DNA of 36,805 nucleotides from Chloroflexota bacterium (lineage in GTDB: Bacteria; Chloroflexota; Limnocylindria; P2-11E). The notes beneath the pieces are model-generated. The model saw nothing but the letters and a program-made list of their open reading frames with translations. It was not told the DNA's origin and did not search any database. The position numbers and the translations under genes were made by a program. The stretch lies in NCBI GenBank assembly GCA_031394155.1, contig JANMWW010000093.1:1-36805 (forward strand), written 5' to 3'. Shown here piece after piece: positions 10,680 to 18,938 of the stretch; position 1 is the first letter of the stretch, and each line of letters opens with the position of its first letter.

Positions 10680-10910
10680 GTGGTGCCACCCGAACTTGCC
10701 GGTCCTTAGCGGTCCGGCCTCTGCCTCCACTTCATGGAGCGCCCCGTGGTAACGGAGGGCTTCCGGCCGCACGTACTTGCCCCAGGCGTTCTGCGCGGCG
10801 CCTTGCGGGATCCATTCGCGCCTCGTCGACCCTCCCGGCTCTCACCACTCCCGGTTCGCTGCAGGGCCCTTGAGGCCTACTCGTTCCCGCTCGAACGACG
10901 TGCGCGCAGC
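10638..10910 (-). promoter_or_regulatory. T-box riboswitch leader, tryptophan-specific (specifier UGG)
   Basis: Read on the minus strand. The Stem I base is CUGCGCG (10909..10903) paired with CGCGCAG (about 10797..10791). GA/K-turn-like GAGCGGGAACGAGUAGG sits near the base. GGUGAGAGCC is a distal motif. The specifier loop GAA-UGG-A has UGG at 10814..10812, on the 3' side of Stem I. The T-box sequence AAGUUCGGGUGGCACCACG lies at 10697..10679, with a UGGC bulge whose C would pair with a G73 discriminator. The terminator follows, then the SD and the trpE ATG. Confidence 0.85.
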
Positions 10911-11058
10911 GTACCGAAAAGGCCCATTTTTGACCATAGCCAGCTGCCGCCCCAAGGCACCAAACACGACCCAAAGACACCAGGACCGGGCGCGGGAGGC
11001 CGCTTCGTACAGTTATTTCGTGAAGATCACACCGGCTGGCGGACGACCCCTCGGGCGA

Positions 11059-11520
11059 ATGGCGGTCCGTTCGACCCTTTCCACCCACCCGCCGGCCAAG
11101 GTGCGGGAGGTCCTCCATGGCCTGCCGACGGCGACCGGCTACACGACGAGCGTCAAGCCGCTCCGGTACCGGACGGGGCCGCATCTGCAGGCCTTCACCT
11201 ACTGGGACCATCCGGAGATCGTCATCCAGGTGCCCGAGCCCTTCCGCCCGTTCCGCGAGCGCGTGGACCTGGGCTCGCTCGGCGTGCCGAACGTGCTCTT
11301 CCGCACTCGCCGCGACGTCATCCGATTCCTCTATCTCCACGAGTTCTGTCACTGGTGGCTGTACCTGACCCACGGCTGGGGCTCCTCGGCCGAAATCCAG
11401 TGCGACCGGTACGCATACGCCAACTACAAGCGCCGGGGGGCCGTGCGCCCGCCTGCGATCCGCACGCCCCTGGGAGCGCGCGGCCTGACCCCTAGTCGGA
11501 GCCGATCCGTTCCAGCGTGA
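11059..11520 (+). CDS. Small HExxH protein (putative SprT-like zinc metallopeptidase fold), hypothetical
   Basis: This is the frame of track ORF 10777..11520. From ATG 11059 (MAVRSTLSTHPPAK...) third codon positions are strongly G/C. LYLHEFCHWWLYL contains HExxH. The start is uncertain, with GTG at 11020 as the alternative. The overlapping 10734..11495 frame is P/R/G-rich and was rejected. Confidence 0.6.
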   Translation: MAVRSTLSTHPPAKVREVLHGLPTATGYTTSVKPLRYRTGPHLQAFTYWDHPEIVIQVPEPFRPFRERVDLGSLGVPNVLFRTRRDVIRFLYLHEFCHWWLYLTHGWGSSAEIQCDRYAYANYKRRGAVRPPAIRTPLGARGLTPSRSRSVPA

Positions 11521-12034
11521 CCAGGGGGATCTGCAGCGCGGGCACGACGAGCAGGTCGTAACGACGGATGAGCGCGTTCAGCTCACCGACCGCGCTCTCG
11601 AGCTCTGCCCGTACCTTTTGATCGCGCGCCGCGGTCGCGTGCGAGGCGTCGATGATCTGATCCGCGGGCAGCTCCGCCAAGAAGCGCGTCCGGTCACGCA
11701 TCCACTCGTGATGCGCAGCAAGTCGCCGCTTGATCCGCGCGCGATGGGCATCGATCTCCTTGCGCAGATCGACCCAGGCTGGCACGGCGTCGGCCTGCCG
11801 CATGACGTGGCGCGCAGCCCAGCCGTCGTCGGTGCCGCGGTCGTCGTCGTGGAGCGGTGCGCCTTCGCCGGGTAGGCTGCGGAGCTCGCCGCTCTCAGCG
11901 AGATGACTGATGCGGCGGGCCGCGTCCTCTTCGAGCTTCCGCATCTTCGCCGAACGCGGGTCGTCCACCGCGCTCAGTATCGGACGGCGCGGCGTGTCAC
12001 GCGATCGCCAGAGTTCGGCGACGTGCGGGCTCAA
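11492..12034 (-). CDS. DUF1992 (DnaJC28-like C-terminal domain) protein
   Basis: ISHLAESGELRSLPGEGAPLHDDD resembles the DUF1992 signature (GxxxxLPGxGxPL). The protein is helical and charged. ATG at 12034 overlaps the upstream stop (ATGA). Confidence 0.72.
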   Translation of the reverse strand: MSPHVAELWRSRDTPRRPILSAVDDPRSAKMRKLEEDAARRISHLAESGELRSLPGEGAPLHDDDRGTDDGWAARHVMRQADAVPAWVDLRKEIDAHRARIKRRLAAHHEWMRDRTRFLAELPADQIIDASHATAARDQKVRAELESAVGELNALIRRYDLLVVPALQIPLVTLERIGSD

Positions 12035-12732
12035 GCGATGCGGCGCGTGACGTACCCCTCTGGGCCGACGGCGACGGCCGTAGGAACGAGCGCGACCCCG
12101 TACTTGCGCGCCAGCTCCGGTCGCCGCGAGACGTCGACCATGACGAGCCGCCCACCGGCCGACCGCAGCTCATCCTCGAGCGTGTGGCAATCGGTGCAGA
12201 GCGGATGCGTGAACTGCACGACGGTCTCGCCCTCGTGCCGCTCGGCGCCGAGCTCCGCGAGGTCGACCCGTGTGATCGTGCCCGGACGGATCCCGCGCAG
12301 CCGCGCGCCGACCTTGTACAGCTCGCAGCCGACGCACAGGCCGGTCGCGGCCGCGAGGAGCGCAAGCGCCGCGACGATCAGCCCGAGTCCCCAGCCGAGG
12401 GCGGTAAGGCCGAACGCGTGCGCCACCGACGCGCCGCTTAAGAAGGCGACTCCGACCATGTTCGCGAAGCGTGGCGGACGGCTGTCCTCGATCGGGCCCT
12501 CGCCGAAGCGAGGCTGGATCGCTTCGAAGTAGAGCAGGCATGGGAGGCACCATCGACGCCCGAAGCGCAGGCCGATGGCGAGCTGCGCGGCGAGCAGGGT
12601 CAGGATCGGCCACGCGCCGGTCGCGAAAGCGACGAGCGAGAGCGCGCCGACGATCGCCTGATTCGTGCGCGGCGCGCGCGCGTCGATGACGTCCGTATCG
12701 GTCCAGGGATCGGCTTTGCGTGTGATGGCCAT
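12031..12732 (-). CDS. DUF4395-like membrane domain fused to a thioredoxin/glutaredoxin-like domain (three CxxC motifs)
   Basis: The N-terminal half has about 4 TM helices carrying WCLPC and LCVGC. The C-terminal part, VVQFTHPLCTDCHTLEDEL...ARKYGVALVPTAV, looks thioredoxin-fold. ATG at 12732 is preceded by GAGGA about 8 nt upstream. Confidence 0.75.
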   Translation of the reverse strand: MAITRKADPWTDTDVIDARAPRTNQAIVGALSLVAFATGAWPILTLLAAQLAIGLRFGRRWCLPCLLYFEAIQPRFGEGPIEDSRPPRFANMVGVAFLSGASVAHAFGLTALGWGLGLIVAALALLAAATGLCVGCELYKVGARLRGIRPGTITRVDLAELGAERHEGETVVQFTHPLCTDCHTLEDELRSAGGRLVMVDVSRRPELARKYGVALVPTAVAVGPEGYVTRRIA

Positions 12733-12845
12733 TGGGGCAGTCCTCGTTTCTTGAATCCGAGGCTACCGCTCGGAACTGTCCCTGACGGTGACGGCGATCG
12801 AAGTCCGTGCACTCTGCCCACGGGCGAGGCCGCCCTACCCAGGGA

Positions 12846-13406
12846 TTACCGAAGCGTCCGCAACGGCGCGACCGCTCGCGGCGTGTAGCGCGGCCCTTTC
12901 GGCGACAACACGCTCTCGAAGGGAACGATCGCCTCCGCCATGAACCGTAGCGGCGGGACGTAAAGGCCCGCCGCGGCCGCCGCGATCGCCCGCGCCGTCG
13001 TTGGATCGACATCCGGTTTCACTCGGGCGAGCGTGACGTGTGGACGGAACGGCTTGTCATCGAACGGCACATCGCGAGCTGTGAGCGCATTGCGGACGGC
13101 GGTCGCGACCGTGGCGCTCTCCATTGCGCCCTCCCCCATGCCGATCCACACCACGCGAGGTGCGCCGCCTTCAGGGAAGCGTCCCGCGCGGTCGAGCGTG
13201 ACTGCGAAGGGATCCTGCGCCAAGGCGGCCTCGGCGGACGCCGCGAGGACATCCACAAGACGCTCATCCGAGACTTCGCCGACGAACGCCAGCGTCACAT
13301 GCAGCAGCTCCGGCCGAACACGCCGCAGGCCCGGCAATTCGGGAAGAAGCGCCGCGGCCGCGGACGCGATCTCAGGAGGAAGAGGAAGCGCGATGAAAAG
13401 GCGCAT
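12846..13406 (-). CDS. thpR: RNA 2',3'-cyclic phosphodiesterase (2H phosphoesterase, LigT/ThpR)
   Basis: MRLFIALPLP opens the protein. Two HxT motifs (HVTLAF, HVTLAR) sit at the canonical spacing, and the length is about 186 aa. Confidence 0.85.
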   Translation of the reverse strand: MRLFIALPLPPEIASAAAALLPELPGLRRVRPELLHVTLAFVGEVSDERLVDVLAASAEAALAQDPFAVTLDRAGRFPEGGAPRVVWIGMGEGAMESATVATAVRNALTARDVPFDDKPFRPHVTLARVKPDVDPTTARAIAAAAAGLYVPPLRFMAEAIVPFESVLSPKGPRYTPRAVAPLRTLR

Positions 13407-13483
13407 CTGGGGAGGCTAGGGGTGACGACGAAAGAGCGCGACGCGGTGAGAAGCGACCGCGCGACAGCTCCGCGCGGGCGCCG

Positions 13484-13630
13484 CTAGAGGCCGGCGGCGT
13501 GCGCCTGGTCTTGCACCAGGAGCGCGATGAACGTCAGGCCGAGGACGAAGGACACGCCTGAAAGGAGCGCCATGCGCAGAGTCTCGCTCTGACTGATCCG
13601 GGTCCGTGTGGCAACAACGATCTCACTCAT
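13484..13630 (-). CDS. Candidate single-TM micro-protein downstream of ftsH (48 aa, or 29 aa from the internal ATG at 13573)
   Basis: This ORF is below the track size cut-off. It reads MSEIVVATRTRISQSETLRMALLSGVSFVLGLTFIALLVQDQAHAAGL*. The part from the internal ATG has strongly G/C-rich third positions and one clear TM helix. There is no convincing SD. Confidence 0.3.
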   Translation of the reverse strand: MSEIVVATRTRISQSETLRMALLSGVSFVLGLTFIALLVQDQAHAAGL

Positions 13631-13697
13631 CGCATACCAGATAAGCAAGCCGCGTGCCGCTCGTTATGCGCAGAAGAAAGCGGTAACGGACGTGTAA

Positions 13698-15661
<1,964 letters not shown>

Positions 15662-15665
<4 letters not shown>

Positions 15666-17176
15666 GCGCGTCCTCGATTCCCGCCTCGTGGGCGTGGTAC
15701 TGCTTTCGATGCTACCTGACGAACTGGCAGAGAACTGGCGACCGGGTAGTCACCCTTCGTAGGGCTGTCCGAGACAGGCTCAGACACGATCGAAGCAGGC
15801 TCAGCCGCGATAGCGATGCGGCCGCTCTGTGGCGGAGTTGTCACTCCGGGTACCCAGATCACTGCATCGTCCAACGTGACAAGGGGCCAGGTGTCGCGTG
15901 CCCGTGCCGGCACCTTCGCGTCGACGAAGATGTCCTGGAGCTTCCCCATCGCAGCGATCCGGTCGCCCGGGCGGCGCGCGCGTACGCCGAGGCGAGTGGC
16001 GCTCGGCGCATCGACCGCGCCGGCATGAGGTGTTCCGTTGGCTGGCATGTCCAGTGTGATGCGCCAACCGTGCCACAGGACCTGTTTGCCGCGCTCCAGT
16101 GGGACGGGCGCGAGGACGCGCGGCCCGGAACCGGGCGCGCTCGCCGCAGCGGCGTTCCCGCGAACGAGGATGAGCCGCGAGTACTCGCGCACCGCTTGAC
16201 CGCCCGGCAGGTCGATCCGGCGGCTGCCGTGGGTACTGCTCGCGAGCTTGATCAGCGCGACGCGATGGCTGGCCGACAGGGTGATCCCACCCGCGGCGAC
16301 CCACGCATCCGCCAGCGCGCGCTCGCGCAGCGCGGGATCGGTCGGCAATGTGCGGACGTCGAGATCCGCCCTCCCCAGAGCCGACGGGCCGTTGCGTCTC
16401 GCAGCCGTTGCGGCGTCGCGTCTCGCGATATTCGGGTCGTCGCGTCTCGCGTCATCGCCTGGGTCAACGGTCTTGCCGCTCGTGAATTGCGCCTCGACCT
16501 CAGCGGCCGCATCGGCGAACCGTGCGAGCGCGGCGCGCACCTGTGGGTTGATGCGCTCGAGCTCGGGCAGGACGCGAAGGCGGACGCGATTGCGCGCGAA
16601 GCGGAGCGACTCGTTGCTCGGATCCTCGCGCGGGCGGATCTTCGCGGCCGCACACATCGCATGTGTCTCCGCGCGGCCGATCGCGAGGAGCGGCCGCGCG
16701 ATCCCGTCGCGCACCGGCCGCATGCCGGCGGCGCCCGCCAGCCCGGCACCGCGTGTCAGATGCAGGAGCACGGTCTCCGCTTGATCGTCCATCGTGTGAC
16801 CCGTTGCGATCGCACCCGCGCCGATCTCGCTCGCGAAGCGCCGGAGGAACGCGTAGCGGTCAGTGCGCGCGTCGTCTTCGCTCTTGGGCGCACGCGCTGC
16901 GCGGCCGACGCGGATCGGCGCGCCGATGAGGTTCGCGAGATCCGCGACGAAGGCAGCGTCCTTCGGTGCTGAGCGTGGGCGCGTCCGGTGATCGAAGTGC
17001 GCGACGTGGAGAACGAGACCAAACTCCTCGCGCAGCTCCGACAGGATGAGCGCGAGCGCGACGGAATCCGTGCCGCCAGAGACCGCGACGACGAGCGGAC
17101 CCGGGCGGAAGATGGCGTGCTGGCGCGCGAAAGCCCGAACTGTCGCGACAACGGTGCGGGGCGCGGTCTCTGCCAC
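15662..17176 (-). CDS. tilS: tRNA(Ile)-lysidine synthetase
   Basis: The PP-loop VAVSGGTDSVALA is followed by HFDHRTRP. The track start (17239) lies inside the tRNA gene. GTG at 17176 gives about 30 aa before the SGGxDS motif, as usual for TilS. Confidence 0.88.
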
Positions 17177-17177
17177 C

Positions 17178-17254
17178 GGTGGCTGGGGTCGGATTCGAAC
17201 CGACGACCTGGCGGTTATGAGTCGCCTGCTCTGGGCCAACTGAGCTACCCAGCC
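17178..17254 (-). tRNA. Elongator-type tRNA with CAU anticodon (tRNA-Met or lysidine-dependent tRNA-Ile2; not resolved)
   Basis: The minus strand reads GGCTGGG-TA-GCTC-AGTTGGCCCA-GAGC-A-GGCGA-CTCATAA-CCGCC-AGGTC-GTCGG-TTCGAAT-CCGAC-CCCAGCC-A-CC. The 7-bp acceptor is fully paired (G1-C72), so it is not an initiator. The anticodon CAT is at 17219..17217. The 3' CC is encoded but the final A is not. Confidence 0.9.
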
Positions 17255-17255
17255 T

Positions 17256-17756
17256 CGTTAACTCGGATTGTAGGTTTTCGCCTCGTTCGGCCGCGAGCCT
17301 TGTCCGAAATTCCACTTCCGTCAGAAGATGCTTTCGTGCGTTGCACCTTCGGCAGGCCGGAAGGATGTTCTCGATCGCGTTGGAGCCCCCTCGCGCCAAG
17401 GGGATGCGGTGGTCGGCCTCGAGGGGACCCACCTCACCGCAATAGGCGCAGCAACCTTGATAGAGCTCCACGAGTGCGAGCCACTCCCCGGACGTGAAGG
17501 AGCCGTCGGCGGCAAGCTTGCGAGCCCGATGGTTCTGCCATTTGGCGAGGACGATTTCCGGATGCTGGCGGTGATAGAGGGCGGTATGTGCTAGCCGCTC
17601 TTCGCGGTGGCGCGCGTAGTAAAGGCGGTTCTTCGCGCTGTGCTCTTCGGGGTGAGCAATCCTCCAGCGACGCACGGCCTCGCGCGCTTTTTCGGGATAG
17701 CGCTTGAGCCACTCGCGCGCGTACCGGCGCTGATCCTCAGGGTTCTTGTATGGCAC
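17256..17756 (-). CDS. HNH endonuclease, paralog 2; there is no in-frame stop before the tRNA and the formal ORF continues to 16860
   Basis: GTG at 17756 opens (M)PYKNPEDQRRYAREW... The zinc and HNH motifs CAYCG..ADHRIPLARGGSNAIENILPACRRCNARKH are intact. It is colinear with paralog 1 up to about residue 160. The frame then stays open through the tRNA and the tilS 5' part. Confidence 0.6.
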
Positions 17757-17762
17757 GCGTCC

Positions 17763-17791
17763 TATCTAGCAGACAGACAGCGCCGTGTGAA
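17763..17791 (-). promoter_or_regulatory. Putative sigma-70-type promoter for HNH paralog 2 (near-leaderless)
   Basis: On the minus strand, TTCACA (17791..17786) is followed by a 17-nt spacer and TAGATA (17768..17763), then 6 nt to the GTG start. The same architecture and the same 11-mer CCTATTCACAC occur upstream of paralog 1. Confidence 0.4.
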
Positions 17792-17802
17792 TAGGCGGTC
17801 CG

Positions 17803-18291
17803 CTACGAAGTCGGACCGTCGGGAGACTCCGAAGCGAGGCGCGCGCGGAATTCTTGCTCCGTCATCGCGTGTTTGCGCAGGTTGCACCGAGCGCAAGCGG
17901 GGATGATGTTTTCGATCGTGTTCGTTCCGCCGCGGGATAGGGGGATGCGGTGGTCGGCATGCAGTGACGCACTTTCACCGCAGTACGCGCAGCGACCGGC
18001 AACTTCGGCGACGAGCGACATCCATTCCCCAGCGGTGAACGCAGGAAAGCCGCGCACGCGGTCACGCCGACGGTTGTGCATTGCCCGGCGGACCGCAGCT
18101 CGATTCGGACTCGACTCGATAATTCGCCTGATCTTGTCCGGATCCCGCGCGTATCGCTCACGGCTCTGAGCTGCATGCTCTGCCGGATGATTCTTCCGCC
18201 AACGTCGCATCGCCTCGCGCGCCTTTTCGGCGTTGTTGCGGATCCATTCGCGCCCGTACGCGCGTCGCTGCTCTGGGTCTTTGTATGGCAC
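17803..18291 (-). CDS. HNH endonuclease, paralog 1
   Basis: GTG at 18291 opens (M)PYKDPEQRRAYGREW... The motifs CAYCG..ADHRIPLSRGGTNTIENIIPACARCNLRKH are present. The product is 162 aa and ends at TAG 17803. Confidence 0.85.
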   Translation of the reverse strand: MPYKDPEQRRAYGREWIRNNAEKAREAMRRWRKNHPAEHAAQSRERYARDPDKIRRIIESSPNRAAVRRAMHNRRRDRVRGFPAFTAGEWMSLVAEVAGRCAYCGESASLHADHRIPLSRGGTNTIENIIPACARCNLRKHAMTEQEFRARLASESPDGPTS

Positions 18292-18298
18292 GCACCGT

Positions 18299-18327
18299 TA
18301 TTTACCAGGAACCCAATGGCGTGTGAA
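18299..18327 (-). promoter_or_regulatory. Putative sigma-70-type promoter for HNH paralog 1 (near-leaderless)
   Basis: On the minus strand, TTCACA (18327..18322) is followed by a 17-nt spacer and TAAATA (18304..18299), then 7 nt to the GTG start. Confidence 0.4.
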
Positions 18328-18344
18328 TAGGACCGCCGAGGGCA

Positions 18345-18377
18345 GACAAACAAAGAGCCCGGGCGTCGTGCCCGGGC
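18345..18377 (-). terminator. Intrinsic terminator after tRNA-fMet
   Basis: GCCCGGGC-ACGAC-GCCCGGGC is a perfect 8-bp GC stem (18377..18357). On the minus strand it is followed by UCUUUGUUUGU. It starts 7 nt after the tRNA 3' end. Confidence 0.65.
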
Positions 18378-18384
18378 CTCGCTG

Positions 18385-18456
<72 letters not shown>

Positions 18457-18472
18457 AGAGTCATTGTAGCGC

Positions 18473-18859
18473 TCATCGCGTGCCCACGAACAGCGCGATC
18501 CATCTCGTCATGCGGCTCGGTCGTTCGCTCTGCGCCGTCGATCGATCTCGCGCATTCGCATCGCGCTGCACCGCGATCAGCGCCTCCCACGGCCACACCC
18601 ATCCGAGCTGCTTGGCCTTCTCGATCACGTAGTCCGACGTCTTCTTCTCCGCGTTCGAGGTCTGCAGCTGCGCGCGGTACGCCTGCTCGTACCCGATCTG
18701 CGCGTTGAGATCGCTGATCGTCCGCGCGAGCGCGTTCTCCTGGATCGTCACCGTGGCGAAGGCCGACGCGAGCACGAGTCCGCCGACGAGCACGGCCACC
18801 GCGACGAGCGGACGGAACGACCGGCTCGACTTGCGCGATGTGCGGCGATGGGTGCTCAC
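18473..18859 (-). CDS. Septum-formation-initiator-like bitopic protein (FtsL/FtsB/DivIC-like)
   Basis: The start is GTG at 18859. A basic N-terminus and one TM helix (LVAVAVLVGGLVLASAFATV) are followed by a coiled-coil-like stretch (ENALARTISDLNAQIGYEQAYRAQLQ). The call is based on architecture only. Confidence 0.6.
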   Translation of the reverse strand: MSTHRRTSRKSSRSFRPLVAVAVLVGGLVLASAFATVTIQENALARTISDLNAQIGYEQAYRAQLQTSNAEKKTSDYVIEKAKQLGWVWPWEALIAVQRDANARDRSTAQSERPSRMTRWIALFVGTR

Positions 18860-18938
18860 GGACGAATCATCGCGCAGCGCTCGACAGAAAAGAAGCCGTC
18901 GATCTCCGATCGAAGCCCGCGATTCTCGACGAACCGAA

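Larger units (their letters stand above)
17256..18331 (-). repeat. Tandem, diverged duplication of a promoter+HNH-ORF cassette (two units of roughly 0.5 kb)
   Basis: Both units begin with CCTATTCACAC (17795..17785 and 18331..18321). A spacer of 28-29 nt then leads to GTGCCATACAA(G/A). The proteins are colinear, with roughly half of the residues identical by eye. Confidence 0.6.

Noticed and set aside
10933-10963. Candidate promoter for the T-box leader (minus strand, TTGGTG ... TATGGT)
   Set aside because: The spacer is 19 nt and both hexamers are weak. No better -35 appears at 17-18 nt. Its position about 20 nt upstream of Stem I is plausible, but the sequence support is insufficient to call it.
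10734-11495. 253-aa plus-strand ORF overlapping the T-box leader and the HExxH gene
   Set aside because: The translation is Pro/Arg/Gly-rich. It runs antisense across a structured RNA leader. The alternative frame from 11059 has much better third-position bias and an HExxH motif.
13425-13470. Weak hairpins that could be terminators: minus strand CGCGGU-CGCUUCUC-ACCGCG followed by CUCUUUCGUC upstream of thpR, and GGGCG-AGGC-CGCCC at 12822..12835 after thpR
   Set aside because: The stems are short (5-6 bp), with a poor U-tract or none at all. I could not distinguish them from chance GC-rich palindromes.
13520-13575. Plus-strand GTCAGGCCGAGGACGAAGGACACGCC, superficially like the SRP RNA domain IV motif (GGUCAGGUCCGGAAGGAAGCAGCC)
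   Set aside because: There is no GNRA tetraloop closed by the expected helix. The AGCAGC half is not conserved and no flanking 5'/3' pairing is present. The stretch is better explained as the antisense of the micro-ORF.
17177-17239. tilS start at ATG 17239 as listed in the track
   Set aside because: That start lies inside the tRNA-CAU gene on the same strand. GTG at 17176 gives the normal distance to the SGGxDS PP-loop.
16860-17255. C-terminal 130 aa of the 298-aa HNH ORF as genuine coding sequence
   Set aside because: This part overlaps the tRNA and the homology-supported tilS frame. It has no counterpart in paralog 1, which stops about 12 codons after the conserved EFRxRLA. I treat it as read-through of a lost stop and report it as a finding.
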